DNA from: an uncultured Lentisphaeria bacterium
GTDB lineage: Bacteria; Fidelibacterota; UBA8477; JABMPR01
NCBI GenBank assembly: GCA_964454335.1
Contig: CAYVVT010000001.1
Coordinates: 432,083-496,082, forward strand
DNA: 64,000 bases
Direction of reading: 5' to 3'
Shown here: piece by piece, positions 17,843 through 26,539 of the stretch
Position numbering within the stretch: position 1 is the stretch's first letter
How the letters are laid out: every line of letters starts with the position of its first letter
Notes under the pieces: model-generated
Seen by the model: the letters and a program-made list of their open reading frames with translations, nothing else
Told to the model about the DNA's origin: nothing
Databases searched by the model: none
Made by a program: the position numbers and the translations under genes

Positions 17843-20593
17843 ATGACTCGAATTCTGATCATAGACGATGAACCACAGGTAAGGGAATTGATCTGCGACC
17901 TGCTGAACACCCATTTCCCCGAAGCCATCATCGACCAAGCCGACACCGGCGAGGAAGGACTGGAGATCGTTGACCGGCATATACCGGATCTGATCTTCGT
18001 GGATCTCAAGCTTCCAGAAATGGACGGGCTTGAGATCTGCAGTCAATTGCGATCCCGAGAAGCAACCCGCCACACCCCAATCGTAATTGCCTCGGGATTT
18101 CTTGAGGATAGTGAAAGCCGGGCAAAAGGTCTGAATGCGGGTGCGGATGCATTTTTACGAAAGCCCTTTGATGGTGCTGAAATGGCTGCCCTGGTGCGTG
18201 CCCTGCTCAGACTGAAAAAGGCGGAACTGCAACTACTTGATGAAAATATCATGCTGGAGAAACTGGTGCAGGAGAGAACCGCTGAATTGGAAAGTTCACG
18301 GGCAGATTATCAAGATCTGTTTGATCATGCCCCGGATCCCTTTCTTGAGATCGATGCTGCTACCCGCAAGATCGTGAGAGTCAATCAGACGGCCACTCGC
18401 TTACTGGGTGGTGCGGAAGCTCTTCAGGGGAGTAGTGTCGAATCCATCCTGCACACGGACAGTCGGGCTGCCGTCGCGAGGATGCTGGATGAATTGTGGA
18501 CGACCGGTAGGTCGCAGGTTCTCCAAGTAAAAGCGCTGACAACTGAAAATGATATCTTGCACGCCAGCCTGAACACAACCGTGGGGTGTGATGATTCCAA
18601 CAGGATCATCTGCTACAGGATGATCCTTCGGGATATAACTGAAAGCATTAAAACAGAGACCCGCATCGATCAACAGCGGCGGCAGGCACAGCAGGTCCTG
18701 GATACTGCCAGCGTCATGCTTACTCTCTTGAACAAAAACGGTGAGATCGAACTTATCAACCGCAAAGGATGTGAGATCCTGGGCTATGAGGAGCAGAATC
18801 TGCTGGGCAAAGATTGGTTCAAAATTGCCATTCCAGCTAGACAGCGCAAGGAGATCAAGGGGGTCTTCGAGCAGATCATGGCCAACGATATTGAACCTGT
18901 AAAATTTTATGAGAACCGGGTCGTGAACAGATCTGGTGAAGAACACCTGATAGCGTTTCATAACACCCTGGTATTTGATGAACACAAGCAGATCACAGGG
19001 GTGTTATCCTCAGGGGAAGATATCACAGAGAAGCACAAGGCAGAAAAAGCCATCCTGGAAAGTGAGGAGCGCTTTCGGGCCCTGTTCCATTATTCGCCGG
19101 ATGCACTTTACCTCAATGATCTGAAAGGCAATTTCATTGACGGAAATCGGGCAGCAGAGAAAATTACCGGTTATAAGAAGGAAGAGCTTGTCGGTAAAAG
19201 TTTTCTCACCCTTAATCTTTTACCATCCAATCAGATCGTCAAGGCCTCAAAGCTGCTTGCCAAGAACCTGACGGGTAGAAAAACCGGACCTGACGATTTT
19301 ACCCTGAGAAGAAAAGATGGAACCCTGGTGGAACTGGAGATCCAGACCTTTCCCATAAAACTCCAGAATCGTGCAACTGTACTAGGCTCTGCCCGGGATG
19401 TGACAAAACGGAAAAAGACCGAACGGAAGATGGAACAGGCTCTGCAGGAGGCCGAGAACTCCAACCGGGTGAAAAACCTGTTCCTGGAGAATATGTCTCA
19501 CGAGATCCGGACACCTCTGAATTCCATCCTGGGATTTGCTGAGATTCTCAATGACCGATTGGGGCGGCATCTTGACAAGGATGAACACTTTATGTTCACC
19601 TCAATAAAGGCAAGTGGCGAACGTCTTCTGCGCACGGTCCACGAAGTCCTGGATATCGCACAGTTCGAGGCGGGAACCATGATCACCACACCGGAGAAAT
19701 TGACATTATCTGATCTGGTTCGGAATGTTGTGGCTGAATACAGGGAGATCGCGACTGAGAAAGGATTGGAACTGACCTACACTGATACGGCAGGTGAACT
19801 CCAACTTATGCTGGATGGAGATACCATTTACAAGGCCATCTCACACCTGGTACACAATGCAGTTAAATATTCCGATGAGGGTAGCGTTCGTTTACAGTTA
19901 TATGCTGAAGCAGGGGAATATCGACTCAGCATCGGAGATACAGGTATTGGCATGTCAGCAGAATACATTGAGAATATCTATGATGCCTTCTCACAGGAGA
20001 GTACAGGGTACACAAAGAAATATCAGGGTCTGGGCCTGGGTTTGGCGCTGACAAAACGCTACCTGGACGCAAACAAGGTGAACCTGTCATTTGAGAGCAA
20101 GAAGGATCAGGGAACAACATTCCTATTGACCTTCAGCAGTGCACTGGAGGTCAAGGGGGAAACTGGGACAACCCCCGTTCCTGATGAGCAAGTAGGCGAG
20201 ACACCTGTGGATGAGAGATTCAAATACACCATCCTGGTAGTTGAGGATGATATCCCATCCCAGTTGCTGCTAAAACACCTTCTGGCGGATAACCACCAGC
20301 TCCACTACGCAAAATCAGTGGTTGAAGCACGCCGATGTTTAAAGGAGAATAAGATCGACCTGGTAATCCTCGATCTCTCCCTCCTTGGCAATGAGGACGG
20401 CCTCGATCTGGTGCATCATATGCAGAAAAACAAATCACACAGAGATATCCCGGTGATCGCAGTGACCGCTCACGCGTTTACCCAGGACAGAAAGAATGTA
20501 CTGGAAGCCGGTTGCGTTGAGTTCATTACCAAACCTGTAACTGGTGATGATGTTAAGAATGTGATCGAGCGGATCTTAAGATCTGGCGAGTGA
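17843..20593 (+). CDS. Hybrid sensor histidine kinase with an N-terminal receiver, three PAS domains, HisKA, HATPase_c and a C-terminal receiver.
   Basis: Receiver block IIDDEP...DLIFVDLKLPEMDG; H-box NMSHEIRTPLNSILGF; G-box GDTGIGM; C-terminal receiver VVEDD...VILDLSL. Confidence 0.9.
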   Translation: MTRILIIDDEPQVRELICDLLNTHFPEAIIDQADTGEEGLEIVDRHIPDLIFVDLKLPEMDGLEICSQLRSREATRHTPIVIASGFLEDSESRAKGLNAGADAFLRKPFDGAEMAALVRALLRLKKAELQLLDENIMLEKLVQERTAELESSRADYQDLFDHAPDPFLEIDAATRKIVRVNQTATRLLGGAEALQGSSVESILHTDSRAAVARMLDELWTTGRSQVLQVKALTTENDILHASLNTTVGCDDSNRIICYRMILRDITESIKTETRIDQQRRQAQQVLDTASVMLTLLNKNGEIELINRKGCEILGYEEQNLLGKDWFKIAIPARQRKEIKGVFEQIMANDIEPVKFYENRVVNRSGEEHLIAFHNTLVFDEHKQITGVLSSGEDITEKHKAEKAILESEERFRALFHYSPDALYLNDLKGNFIDGNRAAEKITGYKKEELVGKSFLTLNLLPSNQIVKASKLLAKNLTGRKTGPDDFTLRRKDGTLVELEIQTFPIKLQNRATVLGSARDVTKRKKTERKMEQALQEAENSNRVKNLFLENMSHEIRTPLNSILGFAEILNDRLGRHLDKDEHFMFTSIKASGERLLRTVHEVLDIAQFEAGTMITTPEKLTLSDLVRNVVAEYREIATEKGLELTYTDTAGELQLMLDGDTIYKAISHLVHNAVKYSDEGSVRLQLYAEAGEYRLSIGDTGIGMSAEYIENIYDAFSQESTGYTKKYQGLGLGLALTKRYLDANKVNLSFESKKDQGTTFLLTFSSALEVKGETGTTPVPDEQVGETPVDERFKYTILVVEDDIPSQLLLKHLLADNHQLHYAKSVVEARRCLKENKIDLVILDLSLLGNEDGLDLVHHMQKNKSHRDIPVIAVTAHAFTQDRKNVLEAGCVEFITKPVTGDDVKNVIERILRSGE

Positions 20594-20634
20594 TCTTTCA
20601 GGACCGGATTCAGAAATATCGGAACCGGGATCCA

Positions 20635-20955
20635 TCATTGCTCTCTGCCTATCGTTTCAATCATGCGGTTGATGGTCTCAGGCTCGATGGGGGCGAACTG
20701 ATCGATGCGATCATCGATACGCTTGAAGACCGCCATCATCCTGTAGAAGAGGTCGTGGCTGTGTTTCGGTCCCGCCAGGAAATCCAATGCGCCGGCAGTA
20801 ATGGCCACCGGCATGACCAGCACATCCAGTATGGCTTCTGCACCGGACTTCAATAAGAAGATGGCCAGATCACTGAGGAGCCGGGCTCTTCCAACCTTCG
20901 GTAGTCTGATTTCTCCCAATCCCCAGGGCTTCTTCGTCCTTTGATCTGTATTCAT
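20635..20955 (-). CDS. Hypothetical small protein (106 aa), translationally coupled to the upstream amidase gene.
   Basis: Its ATG overlaps the amidase stop (TGATG); no family was recognised. Confidence 0.35.
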   Translation of the reverse strand: MNTDQRTKKPWGLGEIRLPKVGRARLLSDLAIFLLKSGAEAILDVLVMPVAITAGALDFLAGPKHSHDLFYRMMAVFKRIDDRIDQFAPIEPETINRMIETIGREQ

Positions 20956-22592
20956 CAGCTTGCCTCGTATTCCACGGTGTCCCGGAATTGTGGTGCCTGC
21001 CGGTGCCGGCTGGCCTGTTCGTAGGCAAAGGCAACTTTCAGCAACAGTGGTTCTGACCAGGCGGTGCTGAAGAATGATAACCCAACGGGGAGACCGTGAA
21101 CAAAACCCATGGGTACTGTGATGTTTGGATAGCCGGCCCGAGCCGCGGCGGAGGAACTGGCACCCAGGAAGTGATCGCCGTTGATCCAGTCGGTGAACCA
21201 GGCGGGTCCTCCGGTTGGTGCGATGATGAGATCGACCTCGTGTTTCGCCAGGGTGGCATCGATGCCGTCCCTGCCAGCCAGACGTTTTACCTTTTTCAGC
21301 GCCTGCTTGTATTCCTTGCTGCCCAGATCGCCTTTGGCCTGGGACTTGATGAGGATCTCCTGACCGAAATAGGGAAGCTCGGTATCGGCGTTTGCTTCAT
21401 TGAAGGCAATGAGCTGTTCAAGCGTCTTTACCCCGGCTGTTGGTCCTCTTGAAGCGAAATAGATGTTGAGGTCCGCCTTGAACTCGTAAAGCAGAACATC
21501 GTAGGAGGCTGAGCCATAGTCGCCCTTGGTGACGATGTCGGCCTCATCAACGAGTTCGGCACCCTGATCTTTCATCAACGCTACAGCCTCCTCCATCAGA
21601 GCATCGACACCCTCATGATAGCCCATAAGATTGCGGGCGATGCCTATGCGACTGCCTTTGAGACCCTCAGGATCAAGAAAACGCGTGTAATCACTGTGGA
21701 TCCTGTCCTGATGATCCTGAGTGATGGGATCCTGCGGATCAGGTCCTGCCAGAGCGCTGAGGAGGATGGCGCCGTCCCTCACCGTACGAGCCATGGGTCC
21801 CGCGGTGTCCTGGGTGTGGGCGATGGGGATGATACCGCTACGGCTTAGCATTCCCAGGGTCGGTTTGATCCCTACGATACCATTCTGGTGGGAAGGACAG
21901 ACCACCGAGCCGTTGGTCTCTGTTCCAATGGCAGCAGCGCATAAATTGGCTGAAGCTGCAACTCCCGAACCTGAGCTGGATCCGCAGGGATTCCGGTCCA
22001 GGGCGTAGGGATTGTGGGTCTGACCACCCCGGCCACTCCAACCGCTGGTGGATTTCTCAGAGCGGAAATTGGCCCACTCACTCAAATTGGTCTTCCCCAG
22101 CAGCACTGCTCCCGCCGCCCTGAGACGTTCGACGATGTGAGCGTCGTCCGCTGGGCGGGTATCCGTTAAGGCGAGTGATCCAGCCGTGGCGAGCATCTGG
22201 TCGGCTGTATCGATATTGTCCTTGATCATGATGGGAATACCGTGCAGTGGTCCCCGGATCCTACCAGAGGCCCTTTCCTCATCGAGTTTATCGGCGATCT
22301 CCAGTGCCTGTGGATTCACCTCGATGACAGCGTTCAGGGATGGCCCGGAACGATCGACATCTTCGATGCGCTGGAGGTAGGCTTTCGTGATGGATCTGGC
22401 GGTATGTTTACCGCTTTCCATGACCTCACTGAATTGAGCGAATGTCCATTCGTGAAATTCAAACTCGGGTATGGCAGCAGGTTGTTTCTCCCCTGCTCCG
22501 GATGAGCCTTCCGGAGCACAGGTTATCATTCCACCAATCGCCAAGGTAGAGCCGCCCAGGGCGCTGAGTTTGATGAAGTCACGTCGATGCAT
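20955..22592 (-). CDS. Amidase-signature family amidase with a TAT signal peptide.
   Basis: N-terminus MHRRDFIKLSALGG (TAT); amidase signature GGSSSGSGVAASANLCAAAIGTETNGS. Confidence 0.85.
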   Translation of the reverse strand: MHRRDFIKLSALGGSTLAIGGMITCAPEGSSGAGEKQPAAIPEFEFHEWTFAQFSEVMESGKHTARSITKAYLQRIEDVDRSGPSLNAVIEVNPQALEIADKLDEERASGRIRGPLHGIPIMIKDNIDTADQMLATAGSLALTDTRPADDAHIVERLRAAGAVLLGKTNLSEWANFRSEKSTSGWSGRGGQTHNPYALDRNPCGSSSGSGVAASANLCAAAIGTETNGSVVCPSHQNGIVGIKPTLGMLSRSGIIPIAHTQDTAGPMARTVRDGAILLSALAGPDPQDPITQDHQDRIHSDYTRFLDPEGLKGSRIGIARNLMGYHEGVDALMEEAVALMKDQGAELVDEADIVTKGDYGSASYDVLLYEFKADLNIYFASRGPTAGVKTLEQLIAFNEANADTELPYFGQEILIKSQAKGDLGSKEYKQALKKVKRLAGRDGIDATLAKHEVDLIIAPTGGPAWFTDWINGDHFLGASSSAAARAGYPNITVPMGFVHGLPVGLSFFSTAWSEPLLLKVAFAYEQASRHRQAPQFRDTVEYEAS

Positions 22593-22699
22593 GGCATGTC
22601 TCCTTGCGGATGGAGTTTTGATTGGATTTTGGGGGTAACTTAGGCTGAGGTAGGGTGGTTGTCAGGTGTTTGGTTCGGGATAGCCGGATTACGTTTGGT

Positions 22700-22945
22700 G
22701 GTTAGTGACTGCAGCTCCGTTTAACATGTTGTTACTTTTTGAGGGAGCAAAAAGTAACCAAAAACTCCTTTCTTTACGCACATACTGGAAAGCATCTGTC
22801 GTCTGGTATTCAACTTGTTCGCTGTGGAATCGAAACTCGCTCACATGCGTTCGCTCAGACAGTGATTCCACTATTCGCTCACTGCGTTGAACCAGACTGG
22901 ACAGATACTTCCCAAGTAGGTATGCCACGTATCGCACCAGGACAA
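22700..22945. repeat. Structured repeat unit R6, a divergent copy showing compensatory stem changes.
   Basis: Hairpin gttactttttgagggagcaaaaagtaac against cttctttttg...caaaaagaag in other copies; stem gtggaatcg...cagtgattccac against gcagaattg...caattctgc. Confidence 0.75.
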
Positions 22946-22976
22946 GAACAAACAATCCTAAATTCGGAATCCTTGA

Positions 22977-25328
22977 TTATGTGAGCGGCCAGAAGATGGG
23001 GAGCAGGAACAGAGAGATCAGCAGCAGCAGGAGGACCAGGGGAAGGCCCACCTTTGTGTAGTCGGTGAAGCGATATCCACCAAGACCCATGACCAGGAGG
23101 TTGACCGGGTGACCCACGGGACTGAGGAAGGCACTTGAGGCGCCCAGAGCGACAACCATGAGCAGCGCATGAGGCGAGTAGGACATCTCCAGGGCCGTGC
23201 TCAGGGCAATGGGGGCCATGATGACGGCCACCACAGCGGTGGGCATGATCTGGGCTGCCAGGGCGGTGATGATGAAAATACCGGCGATGATGCCGAGTGG
23301 ACCGAGGAATTCGATGGATCCCAGGACGCTATGCGCAATGAGAGCGGTTGCGCCGGACTTCTGCATGGCCAGACCCACGCCCAGCATACTGGCGATGAGA
23401 AAGATTGCCTTCCACTCGATGGCACGATAGAAATCCTCCATTGTGAGGCAGCGCGTGAGAACCATCAAGGCTGCACCCACAGGTGCGGCGATGTAGATGG
23501 GCAGCAGTCCAAACCCTACCGTGGCAAGGACACTCAATTCAATACCGGCGGCAATAGGGGCTTTGGGTTTGTCATAGATCTCTTCCTGCATACCGGTAAG
23601 CACCAGGAAGTCCTGGTCCTCGTGAAGTTCTGCCAGATCCTCCCTGGCCCCATAGACCAGGAGGGCATCCCCGGGTTGCAGGACCATGTCACGCAGCGCT
23701 GTGCGATAAGCCCGATCCTGACGCCAGATGGCCAGTACCGTCAGGCCATATTCTTCACGGAAATCGAGTTCGCCGATGGTTTTTCCCAGTACCGACGTGC
23801 GGGGCGCCAGGATGATCTCGGCGACCCCCACTTCATCAGATTCGAGCCGATCCAGGTCCTCCTCACGCTGGTCTTCCAGAATGAGTTCCTGGAGTCCGGC
23901 CAGAATGTCCAGGTTCTGTGGTTGGCCCAGAACGATGAAGATATCATTCTCCTCGAGAACGAAATCAATTCCCGGTATGAAAATGACCTCATTTCCACGG
24001 GCGATGCCCAGGACATTGATCCCCAGGGCGTCCTTGAGATGGCTTTCACCAAGATTCTTGCCCACCAGGGCAGATCCTTCCGGGATGGCGATCCCCATGA
24101 TCTGCCGGTGCAGCTTGTACTTGAAGGCCACGTCCCGGGGTGAAAGACGCTGGAAGTCAGTGAACTGACCCTCTTCGGCCAGAGCCTCGATCTTGTCATC
24201 GAATCCCATGGCCACCAGGACATCGTCCTCGTGGAGACGGTATTCGCGGAGTTTGGACCATTTGACATGATCCTCACGCTGGATGGCCAGGATGTTCACA
24301 TTGAAATCCCGGCGGAAACCGGCTTCGATGAGGGTGCGTCCCAAAAGGGGTGAGAGTGCTTTTACCTTGATCTCGGCAAATGAGAGTGAGCGTGCGATCA
24401 GATGTTCACTGAGAAGGAAACCGCGTTTCAGCTCCAGGTGTTTCCAATTCCGCAGGGTCTCCAATTGCTCCACCCGGCCTTCCACCAGCAGTTTGTCGCC
24501 TTCCTGCAGTTCGGAATTGGGTCCTGGTGCCAGCATTGACTTCTCACGCCGAATAATAGCAAGAACGTTGAACCCGATGGCTGATCCCAGACGGCTTTCC
24601 GCCAGGTTCTTGCCGGTGAGCGGGGATCCTTCAGGGATGGTAAGTGTCTGCAGCCGAGCCTGGAGCTCATACTGACGTTTCATGATGTCAGCGAGACTGG
24701 TATCACGGTCAACAGGTTTATGTGGCAGCAGACGCTTGCCCAGGGTCACCATGTAAAGGATTCCCAGGCTCAGGACCACCAGGCCAAGCGGGGTAAAGTC
24801 AAAAATATTGTAGGGACGAAACCCGGCATCCTGCAGAGTGCCGCTGATGAGCAGGTTTGGAGCGGTTCCGATGAGGGTCGTCAGGCCTCCCAGCAGAGAA
24901 GCAAAAGCCAGGGGGATCAATAGCCGGGATGGTGAATTCTTGGTGGCATGCGCGATGCTGATGACCACCGGCAGAAGCAGTGCAGCCACACCGATGTTGT
25001 TCATGATCCCTGAGAACAATCCTACAGTGACCATGATAACCACCATGAGGCGGCCTTCATTCTTACCGGCCAGTTTGAGGATCTGTTGTCCTACGATCTG
25101 TGCCACACCGGTTCGCACCAGACCAGCACTGAGAACAAGAACCGCGGCTATAGTCACTACGGCATGATTGCTGAAACCAGCCAGGGCTTCGTCATGGGTG
25201 ATGATCCCGAATACAGCCAGGATCAGCAGGGCACTGAAGGCTACCAGGTCCACCCGCAGCCATTCCGTCACAAAGAAGAGTACCGCTGCTGCAAGCGTTG
25301 CCAGGACGAATATGATAGAGACTGTCAT
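22977..25328 (-). CDS. SLC13/DASS-family permease with four central TrkA-C (RCK_C) domains.
   Basis: N- and C-terminal polytopic membrane halves flank repeated roughly 70-aa TrkA-C-like blocks (e.g. ...GDKLLVEGRVEQLE...). Confidence 0.8.
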   Translation of the reverse strand: MTVSIIFVLATLAAAVLFFVTEWLRVDLVAFSALLILAVFGIITHDEALAGFSNHAVVTIAAVLVLSAGLVRTGVAQIVGQQILKLAGKNEGRLMVVIMVTVGLFSGIMNNIGVAALLLPVVISIAHATKNSPSRLLIPLAFASLLGGLTTLIGTAPNLLISGTLQDAGFRPYNIFDFTPLGLVVLSLGILYMVTLGKRLLPHKPVDRDTSLADIMKRQYELQARLQTLTIPEGSPLTGKNLAESRLGSAIGFNVLAIIRREKSMLAPGPNSELQEGDKLLVEGRVEQLETLRNWKHLELKRGFLLSEHLIARSLSFAEIKVKALSPLLGRTLIEAGFRRDFNVNILAIQREDHVKWSKLREYRLHEDDVLVAMGFDDKIEALAEEGQFTDFQRLSPRDVAFKYKLHRQIMGIAIPEGSALVGKNLGESHLKDALGINVLGIARGNEVIFIPGIDFVLEENDIFIVLGQPQNLDILAGLQELILEDQREEDLDRLESDEVGVAEIILAPRTSVLGKTIGELDFREEYGLTVLAIWRQDRAYRTALRDMVLQPGDALLVYGAREDLAELHEDQDFLVLTGMQEEIYDKPKAPIAAGIELSVLATVGFGLLPIYIAAPVGAALMVLTRCLTMEDFYRAIEWKAIFLIASMLGVGLAMQKSGATALIAHSVLGSIEFLGPLGIIAGIFIITALAAQIMPTAVVAVIMAPIALSTALEMSYSPHALLMVVALGASSAFLSPVGHPVNLLVMGLGGYRFTDYTKVGLPLVLLLLLISLFLLPIFWPLT

Positions 25329-25379
25329 GGTCGATTATGGTCAGTGATCTGTTTGAAGTTACGATGGGGTGGGGGAAGT

Positions 25380-25945
25380 TCAAGGGTTGGCACCGGGGGT
25401 GCAGGATAGTAAACCGGATCAACACCTCAATGTTGTGGTTTGTATATGTATCATTTTCTCCCTTCATTTTGAAGCGGCAAAAAGAAGCAAAAACCGCCTT
25501 CTCAGGGTTAATCCTTTCCAAGCAGGTATTCGTTGCCAAAATCCAGGACGTTCAAGCCTCAATCGAGAAGATTGCCTGAGAATTCCCCAAGCGGGGCTTT
25601 GTTCTGAGGGGTCGACACTTCAGTGTTGTGGTTTGATTATGTATCGGTTAAACCCTTCTTTTTGAAGGATCGAAAAGAAGTTAAAAATCCTTTTGCGCCA
25701 GAGATCGGATTGTGACTGTCACCGTTCATTCCGCCATGAAGCTGAAACTCGCCCTACCGGGCTTCAAACAACAGCTTCATTTCCGCTCCAATTCACGGGA
25801 CAGTCATGCTATCCGCTTTCGATTGCGCTTACCGAGCAGGTTCTCTATGCAAAGCATCAGGACTTATGAACTCCTTTGTCATTTCGAGAAAGCCAGAACT
25901 CCCTGTAGGGATTCTGGATGACGAAGCAACCTGCTAAGTGTCCCA
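25380..25945. repeat. Structured repeat region R7: a duplicated head hairpin, then a core and tail with compensatory substitutions.
   Basis: There are two acacNtcaNtgttgtggtttg...ttcNttttg...aaaagaag sub-units. Stem tgaagctgAAACTCGC...AAACAACAgcttca corresponds to gcagaattgAAACTCGC...CAGACAACAattctgc elsewhere. The tail is homologous to the R1 tail. Confidence 0.7.
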
Positions 25946-26042
25946 CCAAGGTTTCTGCTATTGAACATGATTGGATGCTTATAACCACAATCATCCATCC
26001 ACCACCCTGGCGGGATTCAGTTTTCTATCATACATTTCGTAG

Positions 26043-26474
26043 ATGGACTCAGCTTTTGGTAAGAACCATTCTACGCAATCTGCCTTTTCCCTGGTAGAGC
26101 TGATGATCGTCATCGTGATCATTGGTCTTCTGGCGGCTATCGCGGTACCTGTGTATAACAAGAATGTGGAACACGCCATTCGGGCTGAGGGGGAGGCCGC
26201 ACTGGGATCGATCCGCACGCAGGTACTGGTGTATTATGGTGAACACGGTCACTTTCCAGTGGAAGATCTGTCACGGGTGGTAACCCAGAGCTGGCACAGC
26301 ATCAAAGAGGGCGAACTAGATGGACGCTACTTCTCAGAATCGTCCTATTACTACCAGTGTTTTGACGGTGTCGACTATCTCATCGGTCTGCATCGTGGAG
26401 AAGTCATGGAACTGCACCGCTCGCTGAACCAGGATGGCCAATACGAGAACTGGGACCTTAGTGTGGATGAGTAG
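26043..26474 (+). CDS. Prepilin-type N-terminal cleavage/methylation domain protein, paralog 2.
   Basis: QSAFSLVELMIVIVIIGLLAAIAVPVY; roughly 45% identical to the 16632..17072 product. Confidence 0.65.
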   Translation: MDSAFGKNHSTQSAFSLVELMIVIVIIGLLAAIAVPVYNKNVEHAIRAEGEAALGSIRTQVLVYYGEHGHFPVEDLSRVVTQSWHSIKEGELDGRYFSESSYYYQCFDGVDYLIGLHRGEVMELHRSLNQDGQYENWDLSVDE

Positions 26475-26539
26475 AGATACAGCATCTAAACTGACCAAAT
26501 CGGTCCCTCATCTCCCATAGCAGAATCATATATTTTGGT

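Noticed and set aside
23169-24277. Long antisense or alternative-frame ORFs (23169..24143 +, 23741..24277 -, 7821..8405 -, 15336..16022 -, 35545..36162 +, 51710..52987 +) inside well-supported genes
   Set aside because: They overlap confidently assigned genes on the opposite strand or in another frame. Their products are low-complexity (R/P/S/G-rich), as expected from GC-rich antisense frames.
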